A stretch of 64,000 nt of DNA from Deltaproteobacteria bacterium (GCA_031405455.1 JANNIY010000168.1:16009-80008); one strand, 5' to 3'. Positions 18,778 to 29,300 are shown, counted from the first letter of the stretch. Notes: generated by a model not told the origin, from the sequence alone. Translations and numbers: made by a program.

Positions 18778-19665
18778 ATGCTGACAGACGCTGCCACGTG
18801 GCCGGCCGGCACCGGGCTCTCCCTGGAGCAGCTCGCGGGCTTCGAGCGCGATGGTTTCGCGGGTCCATTCACGGCGCTCGCTCCGGGAGAGCTGGCCGAG
18901 CAGCATGCGATCGTCGTGAGAGCGCTGCTCGCGCCGTCCCCCGTCTACGGGATCCGGACGCCGCGCGACCACCATCTGGGCTGCCGGACGCTCTATGAAA
19001 TCTGCTCCCACCCGGCGGTCGTCGAACGCGTGGCTTCGCTGCTCGGACCCGATCTCCTGCTCTGGCGAAGCACGATCTTCCGAAAGCTGCCCGGAGCGGG
19101 CCGCGTGATCTGGCATCAGGAACACGACTTCCGCGGACACCGCGGAACACCGGCTCTCGACCCGCCGCGAAACATCACGGCGTGGTTCGCGCTCACCGCA
19201 GCCCACCGCAAGAACGGTTGCGTGCAGCTCTTTCCGGCGAGCCACCACGCTCTGCTCGCGCGCCGACCCGTCGCCAAGGGCACGGGCATCTTCGGGCACA
19301 GCTACGTGTTCGATAATCTTCCGATCGGGCCGCCCGTCGACATGGAGGTGGAGCCCGGCCAGTTCTTCTTGTTCAACGAGCGAATCGTGCACGGCTCGGA
19401 TCCGAACGCGTCCACGAGCGAACGCAGCGGCATTTCCATCCGTTACACCGCGACGAGCACCCGAATTCACCAGAATATGCGCGTGGACGGTCAGGGCCTG
19501 CCCCTGCGCAAGTGGCACGCCATCTTGCTGAGGGGCCGGGATGAATTCGGCCACAACAAGCTCGGCCCGCCGCCCGAGCGCGACCTTCAGCCCGCGAGCC
19601 CGTTGCGGGCGGCCCTCGCCGAATGGCGGCACCGCTGGCTGCGTTTCCGGTACGGAACGCGCTGA
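18778..19665 (+). CDS. Phytanoyl-CoA dioxygenase (PhyH) family Fe(II)/2-oxoglutarate oxygenase
   Basis: Last 295 codons of track ORF 16342..19665; the upstream 812 codons are antisense to the kinase gene. IWHQEHDF (HxD), NGCVQLFPASHH, HGSDPNAS...ISIRY. Confidence 0.8.
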   Translation: MLTDAATWPAGTGLSLEQLAGFERDGFAGPFTALAPGELAEQHAIVVRALLAPSPVYGIRTPRDHHLGCRTLYEICSHPAVVERVASLLGPDLLLWRSTIFRKLPGAGRVIWHQEHDFRGHRGTPALDPPRNITAWFALTAAHRKNGCVQLFPASHHALLARRPVAKGTGIFGHSYVFDNLPIGPPVDMEVEPGQFFLFNERIVHGSDPNASTSERSGISIRYTATSTRIHQNMRVDGQGLPLRKWHAILLRGRDEFGHNKLGPPPERDLQPASPLRAALAEWRHRWLRFRYGTR

Positions 19666-19673
19666 TCCACCCT

Positions 19674-20576
19674 TCAGCTTCGCTGCGGACGCCCCCCGAG
19701 ACGCAGGCGCAGGCTCTCCGTCACGTTGACACCGTACAGAATCATCTCGACGCACCCGAATCCGAATTTGCTGCGCAACGTCGAAAGCCGGCGGTGCGAA
19801 AGGCTCCGGCGAATCCGGTGAAGAGAGTGGCGAAGCGTCTTCGGAATCTCGAACGCCTTGTTCGGGTAGCTGCCCGCCAGGATCGGCGCCAACTGATGGA
19901 ACCCCCCGGTGATGCGCCGACGTCGGCGCACGAACTCGCCCAGCGTGCTGCGCGTCGGATGGCAGATGCGAGCTTCGTCGGCGTAGACGAGATCGATGCC
20001 GGCCGCCTCGCGGCGGAAAGACCACTCGCAATCGCCACACGACTTGAACGCCGCATCGAACGGGCCGATCCGATCGAAGACCCAGCGATGCGCAAAAAGA
20101 TTGGCCGTCGCCGCGAGTCCGAAACGCTCGACATACACGCGCTGGGGCATGCCCCAGACGAGATCATGCAGGTCGAATGGCGTGATCCGGCGGGGGTCGC
20201 GGGCGACCATCTCGATCCGACCGCCGACCACGCCGCAGCCGGGGCGATCCGCGAGCGCTCGCACACCGGCCTCGATCCACCCCGGTTCCGGCAGACAATC
20301 GGAATCCGTGAACGCGAGGATCTCGCCCTTGCTCGCGGCGATTCCCTGATTGCGGGCTGCGTAGGAGCCCGGACGATCTTCGCGTTCGAAGCCGTAGCCG
20401 GGGAAGGCGGAAACGACGGGGCGCAGGTCCTCGGTCGAGGCGTTATCGACGACCACGACCTCGTAGCGCTCGACGGGATACGTCTGCTCCCGCAGGGCCG
20501 CGAGACAGCCGCGCAATCGCTGCGCGTCGTTGTAGACGGGAATGATCACGGAAACGAAGGGCTTGGATCCGTGCAT
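19674..20576 (-). CDS. Family 2 glycosyltransferase
   Basis: Track ORF, 300 aa. FVSVIIPVYNDAQRL, VVVDNASTED and ILAFTDSDCLP (DxD). Confidence 0.9.
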   Translation of the reverse strand: MHGSKPFVSVIIPVYNDAQRLRGCLAALREQTYPVERYEVVVVDNASTEDLRPVVSAFPGYGFEREDRPGSYAARNQGIAASKGEILAFTDSDCLPEPGWIEAGVRALADRPGCGVVGGRIEMVARDPRRITPFDLHDLVWGMPQRVYVERFGLAATANLFAHRWVFDRIGPFDAAFKSCGDCEWSFRREAAGIDLVYADEARICHPTRSTLGEFVRRRRRITGGFHQLAPILAGSYPNKAFEIPKTLRHSLHRIRRSLSHRRLSTLRSKFGFGCVEMILYGVNVTESLRLRLGGRPQRS

Positions 20577-20627
20577 GGAAACCGCACCGTCGATCGGACG
20601 TTGCTCGCGCTGGCCTTGGCCAGCCCA

Positions 20628-21500
20628 CTATAGACTTTCGAGCAGGCTCCGCAGCTTCGCGAGCGCCGCCTCGTCTCCCGCCAGGCGATACGTGACGCGG
20701 TACCAGGCGCTCCGCACCAGGGTCCGGAGCTTCCAGACGAGCAGATCTCCGTCTTCGACCTGCCCCCCCGCCGCGCAGCCGTAGGCCGCGAGAAAACGGC
20801 CCCATGCCGACACCGGCATCGGCCAGCGCGCCCAGACCCGCGCAAGATCGAGCGCGAGGGGGCCCAGCTCGAGACCTTCGTTGTCGACCACCCGGAGGCA
20901 TTCGTCATCGGCGATCACGAAATTCTCGGCGCAGAAATCGCCGTGTACGATGCCGTGGGCGGTGAGGCCCGGATCGAGATCGCGTGCCACGGCGAGAAGA
21001 CGCTCCCGCGTGTCTGCATCCAGCCTGCGCTCGCGCACCAGGACCGAAAGTTCTTCCACCATCCCGAACTGCTCGGCAGCTGTCGACCGCAGGACGGGCA
21101 AGGCCAGGTCGTCGAACGCCGGGGTGGCATGAATCCGACGCAGCAGACGAGCGGCCTCCTCGATGCGCTCCGGCCGTTCGCCAGCATCGACCAGCGGCGC
21201 ACCGTCGATCCAATCCACGACCAGCGCTTCCGCCCGCAGCAGGACGACCCGCGGCATCCCGAGATCTCGCAGCTGTGCGACCAGCCGGGCCAGCTCGGCG
21301 GCGCGCTCCGGGCTTCGCATCCGCCGCAGCTTCAACTTGCGACCATCGCTGAGAGTGAGTCGAAAAGCGCTGCGCGGCCTGCCCCGGCCGCGCAGCGGCG
21401 AAACCGACACCACCTCGCTGATCTCCGCGCCCAGCTCGGATCTCACCCACGCGAGATCCTCGGCGAGCGCGCGCTCGAGTTCCTCGGCCGTCGGCATCAT
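20628..21500 (-). CDS. Protein-kinase-like fold phosphotransferase (APH / choline-kinase / LPS-kinase-like)
   Basis: Last 290 codons of track ORF 20628..21797 from ATG 21500. Catalytic loop GIVHGDFCAENFV and VVDNEG (DxD/DFG equivalent). Confidence 0.75.
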   Translation of the reverse strand: MMPTAEELERALAEDLAWVRSELGAEISEVVSVSPLRGRGRPRSAFRLTLSDGRKLKLRRMRSPERAAELARLVAQLRDLGMPRVVLLRAEALVVDWIDGAPLVDAGERPERIEEAARLLRRIHATPAFDDLALPVLRSTAAEQFGMVEELSVLVRERRLDADTRERLLAVARDLDPGLTAHGIVHGDFCAENFVIADDECLRVVDNEGLELGPLALDLARVWARWPMPVSAWGRFLAAYGCAAGGQVEDGDLLVWKLRTLVRSAWYRVTYRLAGDEAALAKLRSLLESL

Positions 21501-21824
21501 CTCAGAGGGCGCCGGCGCATGACATACGCGATTGCGAACGTCGACATCGCGCTTCAGGCGCTGCGTGCCGCGCGGGTCATGGGGGGCCTCCTTCCGCGTG
21601 TAGGGGGCAGGAAGCGCGACGGCGAAATCGAAGGCCGCTGCGCCGCGTTGCGATGACGTGCCCGTGATCTGTAGGCAGGAGGATACCCCCGTGCCGTCTC
21701 GTGAGCACGGGGTCCATCCGCTTCCGGATCGAGAAAGGTTCACGTCCGAGTCTCGACGCGCCGATGAGTCTACCGGGGCGCTCCGCGCTGCAGACATTTC
21801 ATCGCCCCGCCCCGGAGGATCGTC

Positions 21825-22343
21825 ATGCGAAGACTCGGATCTGCCGCCATCGTCAGCCTCGGCCTCTGGTCCGGGACGCTCGCGCTAGCCGAAGATGGCC
21901 CCGTCGATCTCGACGCGGTCGACACCGGGCAGATGCGAAGCCTCGATTCCTACGACACGGGCCGCACGCGAAGCCTTGATTCCGTCGACACGGGTTCGAC
22001 CGTCGATTTCGATTCCGTCGACACCGGCACGACGGAGAGCCTGAGCGCCGCCGAAGCTGCTCCGGCGGCCGCCCCCTCGCCTCCCGCCCCGTTGCCGCCG
22101 ATCGCGAACGATTCCCTGCGCGAGAAGGCCCTGGCGGCGCATGCCGAGCTCGCCGCGGCCGAGCATCGTTCTGTGGCGGCGAACGCAGCCTACTCCGAGA
22201 TGCGAGCGCACGACTTCCCGCGCGGAGACGCGGCCGCGGCCATCGTGAAGGAATATCAGACGGCGCGCGACACCTACGACCAGGCGAAGGCTCAATACAC
22301 GGAGATTCTCGAACAGGTGAACCCGGCAGCGATCGGCAACTGA
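21825..22343 (+). CDS. Secreted protein with four 11-aa tandem repeats and an Ala/Pro linker
   Basis: Track ORF, 172 aa; GGAGG 6 nt upstream of ATG. Signal peptide MRRLGSAAIVSLGLWSGTLALA/ED, repeats (V/Y)DTGxxxSLDS, and a helical C-terminal half. Confidence 0.7.
   Translation: MRRLGSAAIVSLGLWSGTLALAEDGPVDLDAVDTGQMRSLDSYDTGRTRSLDSVDTGSTVDFDSVDTGTTESLSAAEAAPAAAPSPPAPLPPIANDSLREKALAAHAELAAAEHRSVAANAAYSEMRAHDFPRGDAAAAIVKEYQTARDTYDQAKAQYTEILEQVNPAAIGN
21918..22049 (+). repeat. 4 x 33-bp in-frame tandem repeat
   Basis: GTCGACACCGGGCAGATGCGAAGCCTCGATTCC / TACGACACGGGCCGCACGCGAAGCCTTGATTCC / GTCGACACGGGTTCGACCGTCGATTTCGATTCC / GTCGACACCGGCACGACGGAGAGCCTGAGCGCC. These encode VDTGQMRSLDS, YDTGRTRSLDS, VDTGSTVDFDS and VDTGTTESLSA. 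Confidence 0.85.
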
Positions 22344-22385
22344 CCGCGGCTACGGGCTGCCACGAACCTCCACGATTCCCGTCCG

Positions 22386-23909
22386 TCAGGCGTCCTCGAC
22401 GCGATCCCCGAGCACACGCTGTAGACGCGCGGGCACACGCCGCAGGTGCACGGTCTTGCCGCCGTGGACCGTCACGAGCCCCGGTTTGGCGCCGCGGGGT
22501 TTGCGCACGTTCCCAATCGGAACCACGTGGACGTCGGCACGCGTGGCATCGCGCTGCTTCGAGAAATGCACCGCCAGCTCGCAGGCATCGAGCACGGCTT
22601 CCGAGGGAGGATCCAGGCGACCCCCGGTACGCAAGATCACGTGGCTTCCCGGCGCACCGTCGAGGTGGAAGAAGAGATCGCGCCCCCGCGCGAGCTTCGT
22701 CGTGAGGAAATCGTTGCCGGCGTCGCTGCGTCCCACCCAGATTTCGAGCTCGCCATCGGTGCGATAGCGCCTCGGTGCGAGGCGCGCGGGAAAACGGCGG
22801 CCCGCGAGTTCGCGCTCGCCATCCGGCCGCTCGCGCCGCCGCGGAGAAACCGGGGCGCGCTTCGAAACGAATGCGCGCACGTCGTCACGCGCTGCGAACA
22901 TCTCGAGAGCGGAAGCGACGGCCCCCTCGTCGAGCGCGCCGATGCTTTCGAGCTCGCGCAGGAGCGAGCGCAGCTTCTCGAGTGCTGCGACGATCGTCTC
23001 GCGCCGCTCGCCGCCTTGCGCGAGTGCGCGCACCGCCTTGCGGTAGCGCCGAAAGATCTGCTCGAGATTCTCCGCCGGAGAGAGCGCAGGATCGAGCGGG
23101 ATCACGACGTCATTCCCGCTCACGAGATCACGCGCCACGACTTCCAGCGCACCGCGGCGCACGCTCTTGAGCACACCTTTCAACAGCTCGCCGTCTCGCT
23201 CCAGACGGATCGCCTCGTGCGCGCGCGCCAGCTCCTCGTCGACCTTCTCGAGTTTGCGCGCGAGCCCCTTTTCTTCGCGGCGCAGCGCCTGCTCGAGCCT
23301 GCGTCGTTGCTCGCCGATCTCGCCCTCGCGCTCGACTTCGGCGAAATGCGACTCAATTGCGAAGAGGAAGCGCCCATCGGGCTCCGACGCGAAACGGTCC
23401 TCGCCCTCGGAGGGGGCGTGAGAGGCCGGCGCTCGCCAGGGTTCGCCCACAACCAGCTCGGGCCGCGTCTCGGCGAGTGGGCGCAGCGCTGCGAGCACAC
23501 GTCGCTCGGCATCGAGCAGGTACAGATTACTGCGTTGCGGCAGGATCTGGAGCAGCAGCTCGAAGGCAGCCTCGCGCGTCTCGAGCGCGATCGCGAGCTG
23601 ACGATCCTCGTCGAGCAGACGCACGCCCACGATGCGGGCGGAGGGCAGCAGGGCCCGCAGCCGCTGCACGAAGCCGGGCGGCGAAGGCAGCGACTCGCGG
23701 CCGGTTTCCAGCAGGGCCACGCGCGCCGAATTCCGACGGCACGCGAGCAGCAGAATCTGCCGATGCGGTTCCCCGCCCTCGGCGGAAGCGCCATACGTCG
23801 TCAACACGAGACTCGTCGCATCGGGTTGCGCGAGGTTCTGCAAGCGGTGGCCGCGCAGCGTCGCAGCGAGCAGCCGGCTCGCGCGCCGCAGCTCAGACAG
23901 CGTCAGCAC
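22386..23909 (-). CDS. rqcH: NFACT-family protein (RqcH / FbpA-like ribosome quality control factor; NFACT-N plus DUF814/NFACT-R)
   Basis: Track ORF, 507 aa. Central coiled-coil, and a C-terminal ELEIWVGRSDAGNDFLTTKLARGRDLFFHLDGAPGSHVILR (DUF814 signature). Confidence 0.85.
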   Translation of the reverse strand: MLTLSELRRASRLLAATLRGHRLQNLAQPDATSLVLTTYGASAEGGEPHRQILLLACRRNSARVALLETGRESLPSPPGFVQRLRALLPSARIVGVRLLDEDRQLAIALETREAAFELLLQILPQRSNLYLLDAERRVLAALRPLAETRPELVVGEPWRAPASHAPSEGEDRFASEPDGRFLFAIESHFAEVEREGEIGEQRRRLEQALRREEKGLARKLEKVDEELARAHEAIRLERDGELLKGVLKSVRRGALEVVARDLVSGNDVVIPLDPALSPAENLEQIFRRYRKAVRALAQGGERRETIVAALEKLRSLLRELESIGALDEGAVASALEMFAARDDVRAFVSKRAPVSPRRRERPDGERELAGRRFPARLAPRRYRTDGELEIWVGRSDAGNDFLTTKLARGRDLFFHLDGAPGSHVILRTGGRLDPPSEAVLDACELAVHFSKQRDATRADVHVVPIGNVRKPRGAKPGLVTVHGGKTVHLRRVPARLQRVLGDRVEDA

Positions 23910-23969
23910 GTCCGCTCCCGGCCCGGCGGCGCCCCGCTCGCGGCTGCGCCTCGCTGTGCGCGCGCCCCC

Positions 23970-24845
23970 TCACTTCTGGCACGATGGACAATGATGCGTT
24001 CCACGTTGGGCGACGAGCGTGCGGCGGATCGCACTGCCGCAGCACAGGCAAGGTTCGCCGGTGCGCGCGTAGACGCGACGCTCGTCCTGGTAGTGCCCGT
24101 CGCTTCCGTCCGGTGAGACGAAATCGCGGATGCTCGAACCGCCGGTCTCGATCGAGCGTTCGAGCACCTCGCGAATTGCGGCTGCGATCCTCAGGCACTC
24201 GCTGCGCGTCACGCGACCGGCGCTACGCGCGGGGCGCACGCCCGCGCGGAAGAGCGACTCGTCGGCATAGATGTTTCCGACACCGGTGATCAGGGCCTGG
24301 TCGAGGAGCAGCGCCTTGATCGGGGCGCTGCGGCCGCGCGTGGCCTCGAACAGCAGATCGCCCGTCGCCTGGAGCGCGTCGACACCAAGGCGGGCGAGGC
24401 GCGGGTGGCTCTCGCCGCGCTCGAGCAGCAGCACCTTGCCGAACTTGCGAACGTCGCGGAAGTAGATCTCGGGGCCGCCGTCCTCGAAGGCCAGCTGGAG
24501 ATGTGTGTGGGCGTCGGCTTCGAATTCGCGCTGCGCTTCGGGTGAGAGAGACGACCGGCGCGTCGCCGAAAGCAGCCGTGGGCTCGTCGCGGCGCTCGAG
24601 AACAGTTGCCCGGTCATGCCCAGATGCACGATCAGGCGGCTGCCTTCATCGAGTTCCGCGACCAGGTATTTGCCGTGACGAACGAGGCTCGTGACCCGAC
24701 GGCCCGCGAGTCTCGTGCGCAGCCGCAGCGGTCGCGTGAGGAAGAAATAGCTGTCGCGCGTGGTGCGGACTTCGCGGATGCGACGGCCGACGAGCAGCGG
24801 CTCGATCCGCCGCCGCGTCACCTCGACCTCCGGAAGCTCGGGCAC
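23970..24845 (-). CDS. mutM: Formamidopyrimidine-DNA glycosylase
   Basis: GTG 24845 with AAGAGGTG upstream gives (M)PELPEVEV, the catalytic Pro2 N-terminus. H2TH region and C-terminal zinc finger CLCCGSAIRRTLVAQRGTHHCPSCQ. Confidence 0.9.
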   Translation of the reverse strand: MPELPEVEVTRRRIEPLLVGRRIREVRTTRDSYFFLTRPLRLRTRLAGRRVTSLVRHGKYLVAELDEGSRLIVHLGMTGQLFSSAATSPRLLSATRRSSLSPEAQREFEADAHTHLQLAFEDGGPEIYFRDVRKFGKVLLLERGESHPRLARLGVDALQATGDLLFEATRGRSAPIKALLLDQALITGVGNIYADESLFRAGVRPARSAGRVTRSECLRIAAAIREVLERSIETGGSSIRDFVSPDGSDGHYQDERRVYARTGEPCLCCGSAIRRTLVAQRGTHHCPSCQK

Positions 24846-25012
24846 GCGCACCTCTTTGCCCCAGACTGGGACGAAGGATGGGTAGCCCGGCTGGCCCGCT
24901 CGCACACCCCGACCCCCCGCGACGCAGAAAACACCTACAGCTGCGCGGGGAATCGGCCGATGACTGCACCCGGCCGGGTCCGTCGAACCAAATCCTCGAA
25001 GGGTGTGTGGGC

Positions 25013-26284
25013 ATGGGCGCTCCCCAAGCAGCGAACTCGATCTTCTCCCAGAAACTCGATCGCGCCGCCTTCACCGCCTACTTCCTCGGCGCGATCGTGC
25101 CCCTCGTCGCGCTCGCCGTCGTGGTCGAACGCTATGTGCTCCCGCTGCAGACGGAAACCGGGCTCGGGGTCGGCCTCAGTGTGCTGGTTGCCTCGATCGC
25201 GGTGCTCTCGGGCGGCGCCTTTCTCGTCCTTCGCCAGATCACGCGGCGTTCCCTGCGGCAGATGGACCGCGACAACCATCGGCTCGCCGCCCTGCTCTCG
25301 GCCTCGAGCAGTCTGTCGACGGCCGAGCACGGCCGCGATGCCGCCGTCACCGCCGTGCGTTCGGCGCTCGCCATCTCCGAGGCGCGGGCCGCCTTCGTGC
25401 TCGTGCCCGGTGAAAGTGGCCGACCGCCGGGGTTGCTCGTCTCGGCGGGAACTGACGCAGAAAAGCTTCACGAAACCTACGGTGAAGCCATCGACGAGGT
25501 GGCCGAGCTGGTGCTGCGCGAGGGACGCCCCACGCTCGCGGGCGAAAGCGACGGAATCTCCGCTTGCGCCGGCGTTCCGCTGCCGGGCGAACCCGAGCCG
25601 CTCGGCGCGCTGATCGTGATCCATACCGAAGCGGGCCGCGATTTCGAAGCGGCGCAGGTGGACGCGCTTTCGATGCTCGCCAGCCTCGCCTCGGTGTCGC
25701 TGCGCAACGCCGAGCTGCACGAATCGCAGCGTAACTTCTTCACCCACGTGACGGACATCCTGGTCACGGCTCTCGATTCGCATCTGGGCTACCACTCGGG
25801 CCATGGTGTGCACGTCGCTGCCGCCGCGAACCGCCTCGGTCGCGCGCTCGGCTTCGATGCCAAGCAGCTGCAGCGCCTGCATTTCGCGGCATTGCTCCAC
25901 GACATCGGAATGCTCAAGCTGGATGCGACGCTTCAGCACGATTCGAAACTTTGCGCCAAGCACAGCCTGCTCGGGTCGCGCATGCTCGGCCGGATTCGCC
26001 TGTGGCAGGATCTCGCGCCGATCGTGCATCACCACCACGAGTGGTTCGATGGCACGGGCTACCCGGACGGCATCGCGGGTGAAGCGATCCCGCTCGAGGC
26101 GCGCATCGTCGCGCTGTGCGACGCCTTCGACTCGATGACGAGCGCGACGAGCTACAAGTCCGCGCGACCCCTGGCTTCGGCCGTGCGCGAGATCGAGGCC
26201 TGCGCGGGCACGCAATTCGACCCCGCGCTGGTGCAGCGTTTCGTCGCGCTGATCGACCAGGGCGAACTCGGGGTTCCGACCTGA
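25013..26284 (+). CDS. Membrane-anchored GAF-domain HD-GYP phosphohydrolase (c-di-GMP phosphodiesterase family)
   Basis: From ATG 25013 within track ORF 24878..26284. Two TM segments and a GAF-like middle. ALLHDIGM (HD) and HHHHEWFDGTGYPDG (HD-GYP). Confidence 0.9.
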   Translation: MGAPQAANSIFSQKLDRAAFTAYFLGAIVPLVALAVVVERYVLPLQTETGLGVGLSVLVASIAVLSGGAFLVLRQITRRSLRQMDRDNHRLAALLSASSSLSTAEHGRDAAVTAVRSALAISEARAAFVLVPGESGRPPGLLVSAGTDAEKLHETYGEAIDEVAELVLREGRPTLAGESDGISACAGVPLPGEPEPLGALIVIHTEAGRDFEAAQVDALSMLASLASVSLRNAELHESQRNFFTHVTDILVTALDSHLGYHSGHGVHVAAAANRLGRALGFDAKQLQRLHFAALLHDIGMLKLDATLQHDSKLCAKHSLLGSRMLGRIRLWQDLAPIVHHHHEWFDGTGYPDGIAGEAIPLEARIVALCDAFDSMTSATSYKSARPLASAVREIEACAGTQFDPALVQRFVALIDQGELGVPT

Positions 26285-26330
26285 GGCGGCCTTCCCCGCG
26301 CGCGGCAGGGGCCGCGGGTAGGCGGACGCT

Positions 26331-29300
26331 CTAGCTCTCTTCGTTCGCGAGCCGCAACCCGATCGTGAGCGGGAATCCGTCGATCGTGGCCTCGCGCACG
26401 TGCGCTTCCGCCGCGGGTGCGGCCTCGAGCACAACCCGGACGGCGAGCGCTTCCCGCTCGAGATCCGCGACGCGCGGACGCACCGCCGCGAGCAGCTCCG
26501 GGGCGCCCGCGAGCGTGAGCAAGATGCGCCCCGTGTACTCGAGATCGAGTTCCTTGCGCAGCGTCTGGACGCGATTCAACACCTCGCGAAACAGCCCATC
26601 CGCGACGAGCGCAGCGTTCAACTGCGTTCGCAGCACGACGACGCCGACGCCGCCGCTCGCCGAAGCAAAACCCGGCAGCGCCTCGAGAGCAACGGCGATC
26701 TCCTGGGGGCCGAGGCTGAGCTCGGCGCCTTCCACGAGCAGCGAGCAGCTTCCCTGCGCCTCGAGCTGCCGCAGCAGGGCGGCGCCGTCGGCCGTCGCGA
26801 GCGCCGCCTTGAGCGCCGGCATGCGCTTGCCCACCCTGGGGCCGAGCGCGCGAAAGTTCGGCTTCACCTCGTATCGCACGTAGTCGTCGGCGCGCAGCGC
26901 GAAGTGCACTTCGAGAACGTTGAGCTCGTCGCGCACGAGACCGAGGTGCTCGCGAAGCGCAGGCTCGAGCGACGGATCGGCGAGCACGATCTCGGCCGCC
27001 GCGAGCGGTTGTCGCACGCGCAACTTCTCCGCGGTACGCACTTGAAGACCCAGGGAAACGATTTCGCGCACGGCGCCCATTACGCGCGAGAGATCGCGAT
27101 CGATCAGGCTCGCCTCGGGCGCCGGAAAATCGCAAAGATGAACGCTCTCCTCGGCGTCGTCCCGCAGCGTGCGCCGCGCCAGGTTCTGCCAGATCTCCTC
27201 GCTCGCGTAGGGAAGAAATGGAGCCAGCAGCTTCGCGAGCGCGACCAGCGTTTCCCACAGCGTCCAGTGCGCGTCGAGCTTGTCGGGGCCGAGGCCCGGC
27301 GCCCAGAAGCGGTCGCGGTTGCGGCGGACCCACCAGTTCGAAAGCGCATCGACGAAATCCGTGAGCACGATCGTGCTCTCATAGAGCCGGTAGGCATCCA
27401 TGCACTCGATCACCCGCGTATTCGCGAGTGCGAGTTCGGAGAGGATCCAGCGATCGACGAGCGCGCGGCTCACCGCCGGGCGCCGACCGCGGCGGCAGGC
27501 CTCGTTCGCAGGGTCGAAGCCGTCGATGTTCGCGTAGATCGAGAAGAAGGCGTAGACGTTCCGGAGCTTGAGCGGCAGCTCGCGCTGCTGCGCCCGCACG
27601 GCGGACAAGGAGTGGCGCGTCGGATTCCAGGGCGGATTCGAGGCGTAGAAGAACCAGCGGAAGGCATCGGCGCCGGGCGCAGCCGAGCCCGGATCCTCGA
27701 CCCAGAGCTTGGCTTCCGGCGGAAGCTGCGGCACCTCGCGCGGCAGCACCTTCACGCCACGGGGGCGCGGCGTCAACGAGAGCACCTCGGTGTCGACCGC
27801 GGAGAGCACGATCACGCGCCGCGGAAGCCGCCCGGGCCGCAGCTCGAGCTCGCGCGCACGCTCGGGTTCGTCGTCGCGATAGACGCGCAGCTTCACCCGC
27901 TCGCCCCGCAGATCGAGGCCCTCGAAATCTTCGCGCGCGATCAGCGCCTCGCCGGCAGCCGGCGTCTCGTCGTCGGGCGACACCACGGCGAATTCGAGAC
28001 GCACGCGGTCGAGGATGATCTCGGGGGGCGTGTAGTTGCCCTTGCTCTTCGATTCCTTCTTTCCCTCGCGATCGGCGACGTGACCGAGCACGATGCAAGT
28101 CTTGTAGGGATGGGGCGCTGCGCGTTCGGGAAACAACAGGGTCGAAATCCAGAGCAGCGAATTGAACCAGCCCCGCGTCTGATCGATCGCCTCCGAGATG
28201 AAGTCGGCCGGAAAGCTGCGCTCGAACTCGTCGCTGCCGCGATGCGGATGTCCCCATTGCGCGAACGGCATCGAGCCCGAGTCGAACCAGGCGTCGATCA
28301 CCTCGGGGACGCGGCGATAGACGCCGGGCTCGCCTGGCCGCGTCCAGGTCACCGCGTCGATCCACGGCTTGTGCACGCGCAGGTGCGGAGAGAGCGTAGG
28401 ATCGCGGCGCTGGGCCTCGTCGAAGGCGTCGAAGGCGCGCGGATTTCGCGTGCTGATCTCCGCCACGGACGCCGGCACATCGAGCGCCCCGGTCTCGTCG
28501 TTGACCCAGACGTTGAGGGGCGTGCCCCAGAAGCGCTCGCGCGAAAGCGCCCAATCCACGTTGTTGCGCAGGAAATCGCCGAAGCGTCCATCGCGGATGT
28601 GCTCGGGAAGCCATTGGATGCGGGCGTTGTTCGCGAGCGCGGCGTCGACGAAGGCGGTGGTCCGCAGGTACCAGGCCGGCCGCGCGTACTGGATCAGCGG
28701 ATCCTGATCCGAACGGACGCAATACGGGTACTCGTGGCGGATCTGGCCGAGGTGCCAGACGAGGCCGCGCTCCTTGAGATCCCGACATAGATCCCGGTCG
28801 CAATCCTTGACCCAGCGGCCCGCGTAGGCCGGCGGCGCGATCTCCGGATCGAAGCCGCCGTCGGGCCGCACGGCGCAGAGCAGCGGGAGATCCGCCCGCG
28901 TCCGCTGCTCGTGCCGCAACAGCTCGAAGTCGGTTTCGCCAAAGGCCGGCGCGATGTGCACGACGCCGGTGCCGGAATCGAGCTCGACGAAATCGGCGGC
29001 GACCACGCGCCAGAGATCGTGGCCTGCTTGCGCGCCCGCGAACCAGTCGAAGGGAGGCGTGTAGCGCCGGCCGACGAGCGCGGCGCCGCGCAGCCGACTC
29101 GCGACGGGGAGTTCACGCCCGATCAGCTCGCCGAGGGCAGCGACACGCGCCTCGGCCACGATCAGGCGTTGCTCGCCGTCCTTCACGACGGCGTAATCGA
29201 CGTCCGGCCGCACGGCCGCAAACGCATTCGAGGGCAGCGTCCACGGCGTGGTCGTCCAGGCGAGCAGCGACGTCCCCGGCTCGTCCGTCAGCGGCAGCCG

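Noticed and set aside
26285-26330. Possible hairpin between the convergent HD-GYP and ileS genes (CGGCC...GGCCG with G-U extensions).
   Set aside because: Only 5 Watson-Crick pairs plus wobble pairs and no U-tract. It is indistinguishable from background GC-rich self-complementarity.
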